DNA of 64,000 bases from contig JAVLKG010000008.1 in the NCBI GenBank assembly GCA_032128875.1, forward strand, positions 160,001 to 224,000, written 5' to 3'. A program made the position numbers and the translations under genes. This DNA is from Candidatus Melainabacteria bacterium 17Bon1m (lineage in GTDB: Bacteria; Cyanobacteriota; Vampirovibrionia; Obscuribacterales; Obscuribacteraceae). This document shows, piece by piece, positions 41,483 to 51,243 of the stretch (within the stretch, counting starts at the first letter, position 1; each line of letters opens with the position of its first letter). The notes beneath the pieces were generated by a model. It saw nothing but the letters and a program-made list of their open reading frames with translations, was not told where the DNA came from and searched no databases.

Positions 41483-41722
41483 ATGCTTACAGGAATCGCT
41501 CTCTTCGCCGTTCTGGCGATTGTTCTCATCGGATTCAGCCGCGCGGGCATTCGTCGCCAGTCGAGCGACGAAGTGTTTGGTGGCGTCTGCAGTGGCATCG
41601 CTCGTCACTTCGGCACGACTCCGAATCTGGTACGTGTTCTGACTGTGCTGCTCGCGCTCTGCACCGGCGGCTCGGTCGTTCTGGCGTACATCCTGCTCTG
41701 CTTCGTCCTGCCCAAGGACTAA
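41483..41722 (+). CDS. PspC domain protein with extra N-terminal TM
   Basis: R...D.VFGGVCSGIA.HFG....LVR........G...LAY. Confidence 0.85.
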   Translation: MLTGIALFAVLAIVLIGFSRAGIRRQSSDEVFGGVCSGIARHFGTTPNLVRVLTVLLALCTGGSVVLAYILLCFVLPKD

Positions 41723-41733
41723 GCAAGTTCTTT

Positions 41734-41785
41734 GTAGGGGCTCGCATGCGAACTCTCTCTCAGGGAGTCGCATGCGTCTGCCTGC
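41734..41785. repeat. Degenerate GTAG-type REP doublet
   Basis: GTAGGGGCTCGCATGCGAACTC..TCAGGGAGTCGCATGCG. Confidence 0.6.
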
Positions 41786-41924
41786 TCTAGTCAGCGCAAG
41801 CGTTGCCTCTACTGCGAGGCGGGGTGGGCGAAAGCCCATCCCGTCTTTTGCGGCCCGGTATTGCACCGGCAAACCCGCTTATTTCGTAGCAATTCTCCTT
41901 CAGATGTAGAGAAAGGTTCTGCCA

Positions 41925-42872
41925 ATGAAAGGGAAATTGAAACTCAAACTCGTTTACGATCCGCGCTACAACTCGGATTTGAGCGTGCTGGGAATTACTG
42001 TTCCCTTCGCACTCGACCGCGGTCAGCGCGTGCTCGATGAGTTGGCGGCTAAGAACGGTATCACTATTGCCCACTGTCGCCCCAAGCCGCTGCGCAACAG
42101 CGACTTGCTTCTCGTCCACGACGAGAAATATCTGCAAAGCCTGCGCAACCCAAAAACCTGGCAACAGATTTTCGGGCTGCCGAAGGCGCCTGAAAACAAC
42201 GAAACCACGAGAAAGGCAATTCGCAAATTGCTCGCGGAAATTCGGCTGAAATCAGGTGGCACCCTGCACGCTGCAAGGCACGCTCTTCAAAGCGGACTGG
42301 CAGCGAATCTCGGCGCTGGCTATCACCACGCCTTCGCCGGACACGGAGACGGTTATTGTTCCATCAACGACATCGCCATCGCCATTCGCAAACTGAAAGC
42401 GGAAGGGCTGTGCAAGAAGGTAATGATTGTCGACGTAGACTTGCATCAGGGCAACGGCAACGCGGCGATTTTCCGCGACGACCCCGATGTTTTCACGTTC
42501 GACATTCACTCACAGGAAGCCTATCCGCAGAAAAAAGAGAAGAGTTCGCTCGACATCGCAGTCAGCGACGAAGAGCGGCATCTCTATCAGGAGAAGCTGG
42601 AAGCCGGTTTGAATCAGGCGCTCGCCTCATTCAGTCCGGACCTGATCTTCTTTGTGCAAGGCAGCGATCCGTATCTGAAAGACGTAGGTGCGGGCTTCCG
42701 CTATCTCCGGCTCACGCTGGAACAGCTGAAGAAGCGAGACAAGTTCGTCATCGACACATGCGTGAAACGCGGCATCCCCGTGGCTCTCGTGTTTGCCGGT
42801 GGCTACGGACCGGAAGTCTGGCGCGTGCACTACAACGCCGTTCAGCACATGATGGACAAAGAAAATTCGTAG
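41925..42872 (+). CDS. Histone deacetylase family protein (HDAC11/AcuC-like)
   Basis: LLVH...Y, GYHHA, GYC.IND, DVDLHQGNG, GSDP, GGY. Confidence 0.92.
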   Translation: MKGKLKLKLVYDPRYNSDLSVLGITVPFALDRGQRVLDELAAKNGITIAHCRPKPLRNSDLLLVHDEKYLQSLRNPKTWQQIFGLPKAPENNETTRKAIRKLLAEIRLKSGGTLHAARHALQSGLAANLGAGYHHAFAGHGDGYCSINDIAIAIRKLKAEGLCKKVMIVDVDLHQGNGNAAIFRDDPDVFTFDIHSQEAYPQKKEKSSLDIAVSDEERHLYQEKLEAGLNQALASFSPDLIFFVQGSDPYLKDVGAGFRYLRLTLEQLKKRDKFVIDTCVKRGIPVALVFAGGYGPEVWRVHYNAVQHMMDKENS

Positions 42873-43002
42873 AAGATGCGGATGTGCGATCCCGGTCGTT
42901 TCATTGAGTTCGTTCGTAGAACTTGATGAACACCGGGGTTGCATGTCGGCATCTCCTTTTCGCGGCGTTCTTACTAGTCTTTATCATAGATAGGATACCG
43001 AG

Positions 43003-43057
43003 AAGAAAACCCCTGGAGATTACACACCAAATATGGTGCACATCTCCAGGGGTCTTC
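43003..43057 (-). terminator. Long hairpin terminator for the SDR gene
   Basis: CCCCTGGAGAT..CACCA/TGGTG..ATCTCCAGGGG followed by TTTTCTT on the minus strand. Confidence 0.65.
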
Positions 43058-43099
43058 CAGAACTTTCGTTTGTTCTACGACTGCCGACTGCGTTCAGAC

Positions 43100-44041
43100 C
43101 TACTTGTCGGTCTTGTCGCCCGGGGCTGCGGCAGTATTGTCGCCAGTCTTCTCGCTGGCTTTGCTGTCAGCCTTCGGCTGCGCAGCAGGCTTCTTGACCG
43201 GCATCTGCTTGGGCGGTTTGCCGAGGAAGAAGTCGGGCAGCGGCGCTACCTTCGGGTGCACATTGTACTTGCTGAGGTCCTTCACGCCCGTGCCCTTGAG
43301 GACAGTCGAGTCGATGAAGAAGTTGCCCGTGCAAGCGTCCGACGGCTGAGTGAAGATCCAGTACGCGGCATCAGCGACGATGTCCGGCGTGCGGGCAGCA
43401 GCGAAAGACTCCGCCACATCGCCCAGGATATTGCGAATCGCCGACGTGTCGATGGCGGTCTCAGGCCACAGCGAGTTGACCGCAATCTTGTGCGAGCGGA
43501 ACTCCCGAGCCATACCCAGCGTGCACATGCTCATGCCGTATTTGGAGAGCGTGTACGCGAGGTGCGGCGCGAACCAATCGGCGTCCAGGTTGAGCGGCGG
43601 CGACAGGTTCAGGATGTGCGGGTTGGTGCTCGCCTTGAGGTGCGGCAGCGCATGCTTCACCGTCATGTAGACGGCGCGGGCATTCACTGACTGCATGAGG
43701 TCGAAGCGCTTCATGTCCGTGTTCTCAGTGTCGGTCAGTTGAATCGCACCGGCGTTGTTCACGACGATGTCGATGCCGCCGAAGGCTTCCACGGTCTTGG
43801 CGATGGCGTTCTTGATCTGCTCTTCATCGCGCACGTCGCAGGCAATTGCGATTGCTTCGCCGCCCGCTTCCTTGATGGCATCCACTGCAGTGTGGATGGT
43901 GCCGGGCAGCTTCTCGTGTGCGTTAACGGTCTTGGCGGCAACGGCGATTTTGGCGCCGTCTTTGGCCGCCTTCAACGCGATTGCCAGGCCGATTCCCCGA
44001 GACGCCCCAGTGATGAACAGAACCTTGTTTTTGAGGTTCAT
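43100..44041 (-). CDS. SDR family oxidoreductase (HSDL2/AtuG-like)
   Basis: ITGASRGIG, LPGTIH, NNAGAI, HILNLSPP, Y.LSKYGMS, NSLWP.T.I; alternative start at 44053. Confidence 0.92.
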   Translation of the reverse strand: MNLKNKVLFITGASRGIGLAIALKAAKDGAKIAVAAKTVNAHEKLPGTIHTAVDAIKEAGGEAIAIACDVRDEEQIKNAIAKTVEAFGGIDIVVNNAGAIQLTDTENTDMKRFDLMQSVNARAVYMTVKHALPHLKASTNPHILNLSPPLNLDADWFAPHLAYTLSKYGMSMCTLGMAREFRSHKIAVNSLWPETAIDTSAIRNILGDVAESFAAARTPDIVADAAYWIFTQPSDACTGNFFIDSTVLKGTGVKDLSKYNVHPKVAPLPDFFLGKPPKQMPVKKPAAQPKADSKASEKTGDNTAAAPGDKTDK

Positions 44042-44902
44042 GTGGTGCTCCATATTGTTTTTGGAAACTCAGTCAGGTAGCGACATTCCGCTCGAGCTTC
44101 ACCGGTGGAAAAGCGCGCGCGAAAAGAGCTATCAAGATTGAATTTCAGGTCTTTATTAGGATTTTGTCGGAAAGAAAACAGCAGAAAGTAATGGCGTTTA
44201 TCCTCCACAAGAAGAGGCTGCGCGTTCAATTCTTGAATACTCGACAAAACGGGCACAGGCTTAGATCTCGCACAGAATCAGCCTTTGACATCTTCGACAT
44301 GAAAACGGCGAACATTGCGACTCTCACACTTGCGCGAAGAAATTACCGAAAGGCGCAACCAGCGGCATGTCAAGACACGCATCGGTAAGCGATTCACGCA
44401 GCTAGTGAACACTTCAAAGCGGACTACCAAAACAGTTTTCAAGCGGTCCAAAAACTCACCAGTCGTCCATATTTGCCGCATTTAAGCCAACAAATGGCGG
44501 AGGACATGCGAACCGGAAAACCAGTTGAAAAGCGCCAGATCCTCGCGCGCACAGGGGTTTCACACATATGTAAACCTCTTTGAACAAGCTTAAGGTCACA
44601 CTTGTTAATAAGCTCATAGAGTCACGTTTTTGTTAGTTTCTATACGCTCTTACTTTTCATTTTCTCCGCCAGATCTCTCCAGACAGTTCCCACAATTGCG
44701 TTTTTTTTCGTGCCCACCTCGTCGAGCGAACAGCTTGCAGGGTAGACACGGCTCAGGAAGGAATGCGCTTGCGCACAGCGATCAAGCAATCGCACTGATA
44801 GTGAAACCGTTTGGCAGGTCTCCGTGCGCATGGTGCGTGCAGGTACAGCGGAGAAGTAGGAGTGACAGATACTGCTGAGAAATCAGCAAGGATGAACTTG
44901 TT

Positions 44903-45424
44903 ATGAACGTTTTGCAGCGTCAATTCGGGCCGCATTTCGTCGCGATGGTCAAGGCTTCGCCTCGACTTCTAGCCGACGTGAAAAAGCTCCGGCGCCGCGG
45001 AGTTCGAATCAAAACTCTCCGTGGCTCGATCGACGCCTGGTGCATCAAAGACGACAAACTAGTCGCTCTTGGCACAGGCAATCCTGCGCAAGTCACCGTG
45101 TTGGCACTGGCTCACGAAGCCAACCACATGCTGCGCGAGCGCATCAGTATGGCAGCCGTCAATCGTGTTAGCGAAGCCAGATGGGTTCGCGATTTCATGG
45201 AAGAAGAGACGGACTGCTTCTACCGCGAGGCTCAGACTGCCGATGATCTTCTGCGAGCTGGTTTCAAGCTCACGAAGTACGCTCGCTCCTGGTTGCGCAC
45301 GATGCGCAGAGGTGGCAGAGCAGCAGTGCGTAAGCGGGTTTACCGCACGCGCGTCACCGGAACCAGACTGAGCTACCCGGAATATGTCCGAGCAATGTAT
45401 CGCGAGTATCGGACAGCAGCCTAG
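44903..45424 (+). CDS. Basic HEXXH zincin-like metallopeptidase-domain protein (copy 1)
   Basis: LAHEANH with downstream EEE.DC; paralog of 47232..47804. Confidence 0.7.
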   Translation: MNVLQRQFGPHFVAMVKASPRLLADVKKLRRRGVRIKTLRGSIDAWCIKDDKLVALGTGNPAQVTVLALAHEANHMLRERISMAAVNRVSEARWVRDFMEEETDCFYREAQTADDLLRAGFKLTKYARSWLRTMRRGGRAAVRKRVYRTRVTGTRLSYPEYVRAMYREYRTAA

Positions 45425-45631
45425 CTGCTTCGAGTGAGTTCCCTTGGCTCGTTTTGCGAACAGCAGTGATGTTGTTTTCACCGAGCCCTTGCAACTCTGC
45501 TCGCCGCGATACACACAGCGCTTATTTGCGACCCCTCATTTACGAGCGAAGTTTGCTCAAGAAAAACGGAGTGCGCCCAAGCATTCCGCCACAGACCGTG
45601 CGATGCGCGGTCTCACAAGAGGAAAAGCACT

Positions 45632-45844
45632 GTGGCACGTGAAAAGAATTGCACACACCCCAGGGGCATCGAATACGTGAAGTATGTCGGTGGCTACGAG
45701 CTCTCTGACGGCGGCTTCCATGCCACCTTCAGCTGCCGTTGCCCCGATTGCTTCGCGGAAGTTCCGTTGACCTGCTCGGGGTCGAAGGAGTACGTGGAAA
45801 ACTTCCACGCCGAGATCAAGGCAAAGAAGCTGCTGGATTACTAA
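45632..45844 (+). CDS. Small Cys/His-containing protein
   Basis: GAGG RBS with GTG start; CTH...CRCPDC. Confidence 0.55.
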   Translation: MAREKNCTHPRGIEYVKYVGGYELSDGGFHATFSCRCPDCFAEVPLTCSGSKEYVENFHAEIKAKKLLDY

Positions 45845-46118
45845 TCGGCTGAAAAGCTGACCGGTAATTCTCGGCTCGCGTTCGTCCGCGCGTCGTGGTG
45901 GAAGGCTCTCAGGTAGCCGCAAGCGGCTCCGTGCGAAGATGGCGTTTCTGCCTTCTTTGCTGAGTTTTTCGCTGGGACGCGCGGGCGGTGCCTGCGTCTG
46001 TCAATGGTTCCACGGACGAGTAAGCGAGGGTTTCAAAACCAGCGCAAGACTCGCACAACGCGTCAATTTCAGGCGCGTTTCTGTGGAGTTTAAAATGCGT
46101 ATTTTTTAGGAGATTTAC

Positions 46119-46544
46119 ATGAGCACAAGCATCATGTACATCCTCATGGGCGTCTTCATTCTGGGCGCCATCATCATTGCCGCCAGCGCGCGCCGTCGTC
46201 CCGTCGATCCGAGCTATCGGAAAAACAAGCTGGCGAACGAGCTGAGGTGGCTAAAGATCGGCATCGACGAAGTCGACCGCCGCCTGCAAGCTGCAAAGAA
46301 GTGCGCGTGCAATGTCGAAGCGGCGCGCAATCTGGAGAAGGTGAAGCACTATCACCAGCGCGCCGACTCTGCTGTGAAGGGCATCGCCAACGGCACCAAT
46401 CACGACATCCTCGCTGCCGAAAACGAGCTGACTGCGCATCAGCAACTGCTCGCCAACGCGCGTGCTCATCTGGAGCGCGCCGAGCACGAGAAGTGCGACA
46501 TCCCCGAAGAGGGTCGCGCAGGAGGTTGCCGTGACGATGAATGA
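46119..46544 (+). CDS. N-terminally membrane-anchored helical protein
   Basis: AGGAG RBS, single TM. Confidence 0.75.
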   Translation: MSTSIMYILMGVFILGAIIIAASARRRPVDPSYRKNKLANELRWLKIGIDEVDRRLQAAKKCACNVEAARNLEKVKHYHQRADSAVKGIANGTNHDILAAENELTAHQQLLANARAHLERAEHEKCDIPEEGRAGGCRDDE

Positions 46545-47106
46545 CCAAACGCCGAAGGACAATTTCGGTCGCAATCTCTACTTGATCACGCTGCTCGCTT
46601 CGCTGGCGGCGCTTGTAGTCACGTTCGTCTTCTGCTCCACAGCAGACGCAGCGCCCGCACGCTCAGCTCTGCGTCCGCTGGAGAACGAGATGCTGCGCAT
46701 CGCGCAGAGCGCACAGGGTACGACTCAACCGCCTGCAGTCGGTGTTCGTGACGTGAGCTGGGATGAGCTGCAGCAAGAAATCGCGTCCAATCGCGGTGCC
46801 ATCGTCATCGAGTTTTATCGCAACGGTTACCCGGACGACCCCGCCGTCGCCGACGACTGCGACAACTGTGCAAATCAGTTGGCCGGTTACGAAAACACGG
46901 CGGCGCGTTTCGCGGGTAAGGTGACCTTCCTGCGCTTCGATGTCGACAAGCATCCGCAACTGATGCAGCTAGGGCTGGTCGTCTATCCGACTCACATCTT
47001 CATGATGCACAGCCAGTCGGATCTGTGGACGCTCAGCGTCAGGGGTTTCTTAAACGAGAAACAATTCGAAGAGCTCATCGACGAGCTTTTCAAAATAAAG
47101 CCATAA
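46537..47106 (+). CDS. Exported thioredoxin-fold protein
   Basis: Signal/TM; VIEFY...CDNC, VTFLRFDVD.HPQL, YPT; overlaps the upstream stop. Confidence 0.75.
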   Translation: MNDQTPKDNFGRNLYLITLLASLAALVVTFVFCSTADAAPARSALRPLENEMLRIAQSAQGTTQPPAVGVRDVSWDELQQEIASNRGAIVIEFYRNGYPDDPAVADDCDNCANQLAGYENTAARFAGKVTFLRFDVDKHPQLMQLGLVVYPTHIFMMHSQSDLWTLSVRGFLNEKQFEELIDELFKIKP

Positions 47107-47231
47107 ACCAGGAGAAACGAAGGCGAGGTTGATTAAACCTAGCTGGTAGAGCCGGTTTTTCCAAGAAAGCCGTTCACAGAAAGACGGCACCTTGGTACCA
47201 TGGTTAGTGGCACTGCTCAGAAGGATGAGCC

Positions 47232-47804
47232 ATGGAAAGGTTAGCCAAACAGTTCGGCGAGGGACTCGCTGAGCTGGTAAATGCGTCGCCTACACTTCAG
47301 CGTGATGTTGCCGCCTTGCGAAAAGCGGGCGTGCGCATCCGACGCTTGAAGGGTATCTGCCGCGCCTATTCGCGCTCGGAGCCCGGCCGCCCACAAGGCG
47401 CACTGCTCTGCATAGGCGAGGAATGCTCGCCCATGATGCAAGCGCACTACTTGGCTCACGAGGCCTATCACATTCTTGCCGGCACGACCAACACGATTGT
47501 CGACCCCACCAAGGTTTCCAAACGGAGGTTCATCAGCGCCGCAATGCGCGAAGAAGCACGATGCCTCGCCCACGAGGCACTCGTATCAAAAGAGCTTCAC
47601 GATGCCGGATATCCAGTAGGCGAGGCAAACCTCACCTATCTGGTTGATTACCTCACCGGTGGTTATCGGAAAATTCGTCTGAGACTCGAGCGCGAATGCC
47701 TCTCCGGCTCGCTCATCTCTTACACCGATTACTACGGTCAAGTGTACGATCGCCGTGTGCGAGAACTTGCCCAGCGCAGACGCGCTCAGCGAAAAGGCGC
47801 ATAA
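47232..47804 (+). CDS. Basic HEXXH zincin-like metallopeptidase-domain protein (copy 2)
   Basis: LAHEAYH with downstream REEA.C. Confidence 0.72.
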   Translation: MERLAKQFGEGLAELVNASPTLQRDVAALRKAGVRIRRLKGICRAYSRSEPGRPQGALLCIGEECSPMMQAHYLAHEAYHILAGTTNTIVDPTKVSKRRFISAAMREEARCLAHEALVSKELHDAGYPVGEANLTYLVDYLTGGYRKIRLRLERECLSGSLISYTDYYGQVYDRRVRELAQRRRAQRKGA

Positions 47805-47923
47805 CCGGCGCTTTCTACAACTCGCACGCCGCCGTCGCTCACGAAAAGGGTGTAACACCCGCGACTTTGATTCAACGAAGCCACCGGAATGCTTTTGCGC
47901 ATTCCAAACTAGAGGATTTTGCT

Positions 47924-48307
47924 ATGGACGCAAACGCCATCAGCATCTACCTCGTCATCGCTCTCTTCTACGCGGTTGTCTGGGGCGGACTCATCTTCGC
48001 TTTGCAGAAGACCAAGCATCTGCGCGTGCCGCAACGGAAGTCGAAGTACTCTCCGTTCTCCCGCGAGATGCAAGAGGCGGTTTCGAAAACTCACCTGCTC
48101 GCCGACCGCTACGAGTGGGTAAAAATCCAAGCGGACAACAGCCATTCGCCGAAGCGCTACCATGCCACGCGAAAGCTAGAGGACGCGGCCGAGCAGCTCA
48201 AGCTCGCCCGGGAGAGCCTCGCCGTCGATAATCTTGCCGCGACGAATACGGCTTGTGACGCAGGTCTCAAGCTGATCGAAGACGCCGAGCAAGACCTCGC
48301 CGGATAA
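47924..48307 (+). CDS. N-terminally membrane-anchored helical protein
   Basis: GAGGA RBS, single TM. Confidence 0.7.
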   Translation: MDANAISIYLVIALFYAVVWGGLIFALQKTKHLRVPQRKSKYSPFSREMQEAVSKTHLLADRYEWVKIQADNSHSPKRYHATRKLEDAAEQLKLARESLAVDNLAATNTACDAGLKLIEDAEQDLAG

Positions 48308-48329
48308 CCCGAACAAGAAAGTCTCTCAG

Positions 48330-48788
48330 ATGAACGAAATCATCTGGATAATCGGTGGACTAGGCGCCTTTGCGCTGGTCGCCGGTTTCTGCGTCAAGAA
48401 AGGCTGGCCCTTCGCATACTTGCAAGAACCCGCTCAGGAGAACGTCCCCGAGGAAAACCTCGAGGCGCTCACCGCCGAACTCGAGACCGTCATGGCGGAA
48501 GCCGTGCGCGAGCTCGACATCTGCAACCCATACATCTCGCGCGAGAACTGGAAAGAACTCGGCGAGGAAGAGCTGCTAAAACGACAGCGCGCCCGCCGCA
48601 TGTACATCTACGCCTACGAGGCGTGGCGAAAAGCGGAAGAGTGCGCAGACTTCAACGGCTCGAACGGCAACATCGATTTGCGCATGATCGGCAGCATTCC
48701 GCTTGTCCGAAAGGCAGGCATCATGAAGGCTCGCCAGTCAATCGAGCAGTCGAAGGAAGTGCAGAATTTCCTCGGCTTGAACAGCTGA
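48330..48788 (+). CDS. N-terminally membrane-anchored helical protein
   Basis: Single TM then acidic helical region. Confidence 0.7.
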   Translation: MNEIIWIIGGLGAFALVAGFCVKKGWPFAYLQEPAQENVPEENLEALTAELETVMAEAVRELDICNPYISRENWKELGEEELLKRQRARRMYIYAYEAWRKAEECADFNGSNGNIDLRMIGSIPLVRKAGIMKARQSIEQSKEVQNFLGLNS

Positions 48789-48926
48789 CACGGTAGTGAC
48801 GATACCAAAATAATAAGAGCGGCAACCGCTCAGAGAGCAAAACAAACTTTGGGCGGTCGATGGAAGCCTTGGTGAAAACCTAGTCTCCATTGACCACTCT
48901 TTTTTAAGCGGCCACCTACTACACGA

Positions 48927-48956
48927 CTTCGTACCCCATGCCTTCGTACCCCATGC
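48927..48956. repeat. Perfect 15-bp tandem duplication CTTCGTACCCCATGC x2
   Basis: Directly visible. Confidence 0.8.
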
Positions 48957-49447
48957 ATAGATTGCAGCTGGTCGACCTAATTCGAAATCACATTTGGCCT
49001 TTAGTCCGAAAAATTCCGGTTTTTCGGAGAGAGTGTCGCGGCGCAATTCGCGCCCTCTACATACTCAGCGAAAGAGAGGTCCCATCCAGCACGTTTAGAT
49101 GCTTCACGAGCAGGCCTCTTTTTCCAAAGATGCAGCGATCCGCCGCGAGCAGTTTTAAGCAACTCCCGACAGGCCCAATCCATGGCGTTCGTGCAAGTTT
49201 CGCTAAGTTTTGACTTACTCCCTTAGCTCAGCTTCTATCAAAGATATTTTTTCAAAACTCTCTTGAGGTTATAGGTTTCATGAGCTGTTTCAGATAGGTT
49301 CAAAACATCTCTGTTCGATCTCTTCCGCACAAAACCAAAGCGCTCAAAGCCCCAACTCTCCAAAAGAAACGCAAGCAAACTCTTGAGCACTCGGTGCTGC
49401 GTTGGTCATCGAACAGAATTTTTGCAACATCAAAACCTAGTAGAAAC

Positions 49448-49915
49448 ATGAGCAAACCACATCCGCTAGTTATTCAAGCTGGTCGACTCCGTTCGCAAAT
49501 CCAGCTTGCCGAGGGCGTCGCAGCTATCGCCGAAGCTCTCCTGTCCGGAATGCTGACCGTCCAAGAAGACGACAAGATTCCGAAGTTCCAGCGTCAAATC
49601 GGTCGCGCCGCGATTGAGGAGATTTTGGAAATCACCCGCAGCGAAACGAAGCTGGTGAAGGATCGTCTCAGTGCTCTTCTGGAACAGTGCACGAAGAATC
49701 AGGAAGTGCCAGCTGAAGAAGCCGACGCCATCGACACCGACATCACCGGGCGCGCCATCGCGCAGATCAGCCGCCTCGGCAACGTCGGTCCCAACCTGGT
49801 GAAATCCCTCGAACATCTGCCCAAGCTGTCTCCAACCGCGCTGGGCGATTTCGTAAAACGTGTCGCCGACTCGATGCGCCTGATGCCGAACACTGACACT
49901 CCGGCAGCCGAATAA
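49448..49915 (+). CDS. Hypothetical helical protein
   Basis: ORF with coherent codon bias followed by a terminator. Confidence 0.65.
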   Translation: MSKPHPLVIQAGRLRSQIQLAEGVAAIAEALLSGMLTVQEDDKIPKFQRQIGRAAIEEILEITRSETKLVKDRLSALLEQCTKNQEVPAEEADAIDTDITGRAIAQISRLGNVGPNLVKSLEHLPKLSPTALGDFVKRVADSMRLMPNTDTPAAE

Positions 49916-49948
49916 GGCAAGGGCGACGAACAACGAGTAAACAACAAA

Positions 49949-49996
49949 GCAAGAGCCCGGGATTGGTCACAAACCAACCCCGCGGCTTTTGTTTTT
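49949..49996 (+). terminator. Rho-independent terminator
   Basis: AGAGCC-CGGG-TTGG/CCAA-CCCG-GGCTTT hairpin followed by a T-tract. Confidence 0.65.
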
Positions 49997-50084
49997 GAAA
50001 GCATTTTTGCTATATGTTTTAGTATAACGCTCGCAAACCAGATTGGGGTTTTTCCTGTTGCTCAGGTTCTAACTTGATCGAATA

Positions 50085-50726
50085 ATGCCAAAACGACGAA
50101 CACCAAAGTTGTTCTCTTCAAAGCTTCATTTTGAAAAACCTCTTCAGAGCTTGAATGTGAAAAGCAAACTTAGAAAGTTTAGATGCAAGCTCGATTGTTC
50201 GCTGATAGGGCTTCTCTTCACTTGCGAGCTTGTTTCATATGGTCCATGTCACGCCGATGAAAGTGAAGAGAAAGCAGAGAAGATGAAGGTTCCCACTGCA
50301 CCAATAACCTTGCTAATCACAGCGGCCAAGTTACATCGAGACAATATCTGGACAAAGGAAGTTGGTTCTGAAGCGGAACTCGAACAAATCGTACGTGAGT
50401 ACGTTGCAGGTATCGCTACCGATTGCCGGTTTAACAGAGGCAGATTTTCTGCTGAAAACACGCACTGGCTAAAGGATTTACTAGAGTGGCGCAAAATCAA
50501 AACATCTGGAAAGTCACGTTATGGATCATTCGCAAGCAAAGAAACACACGCAGCCAGAGCGGCATTGGTGGAGTTTGCGGACAAACGTACAGTGCAAATA
50601 ATCGACGACGCTATTGAAAAATTCGGACCACCGCACCATCGCAAATTTGAGTTTTGGGACAACAGGCATGGCGACCCTCCGCCGAAGATTCCTATCAGTC
50701 TGAATTCGAACAAAATTCAGACTTAA
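50085..50726 (+). CDS. Hypothetical protein (start uncertain)
   Basis: 213-aa ORF. Confidence 0.5.
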   Translation: MPKRRTPKLFSSKLHFEKPLQSLNVKSKLRKFRCKLDCSLIGLLFTCELVSYGPCHADESEEKAEKMKVPTAPITLLITAAKLHRDNIWTKEVGSEAELEQIVREYVAGIATDCRFNRGRFSAENTHWLKDLLEWRKIKTSGKSRYGSFASKETHAARAALVEFADKRTVQIIDDAIEKFGPPHHRKFEFWDNRHGDPPPKIPISLNSNKIQT

Positions 50727-51094
50727 TGCGAATATCGCCGATAGATATATCCACTTACCAAAAGCTTCTTGAATACCCATTCTCGCGCGCTTGCGCGAAT
50801 GGTTTCTCGCACAAATGTCATGAACGACAAGACACCGACACACTGTTCTTTCAACCAAGTTGTCGTTTTTCCAAGAGGAAAGTTGGCAAGGTGCAGATTT
50901 CATCAAATGTTCATGATTTCAAGACGAAATCACTCTTCTCTATAAGCTAGAAGATTTCTGTTTTACTTTTTTTCTTTTCAAGAGCACGCGACAGCTTTTC
51001 TCGTTCAAATCCCTCTCCCTGCACTCCATGCGCGCAACTTCTGAACTTTTGCAGGTTCGAACAGAAGGCCGCTCATGAGTCTTGAATGGGTTCT

Positions 51095-51152
51095 GAACAA
51101 AGCTTTCAACAAAGCTTTCAACAAAACTTTGAACAAAGTTTTGAACAAGCTT
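51095..51152. repeat. 12-bp tandem repeat (G/C)AACAAAGCTTT, about 4.5 copies
   Basis: Directly visible about 90 bp upstream of the aconitase start. Confidence 0.85.
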
Positions 51153-51243
51153 CTCGAAAGCTAGTCGCTGCAATTCCCGAACAATCTGCCATGCGAAGTC
51201 GATGGGTCATCGGCTTTGCAAATCTACGTCTGAAGGTGGAAAT

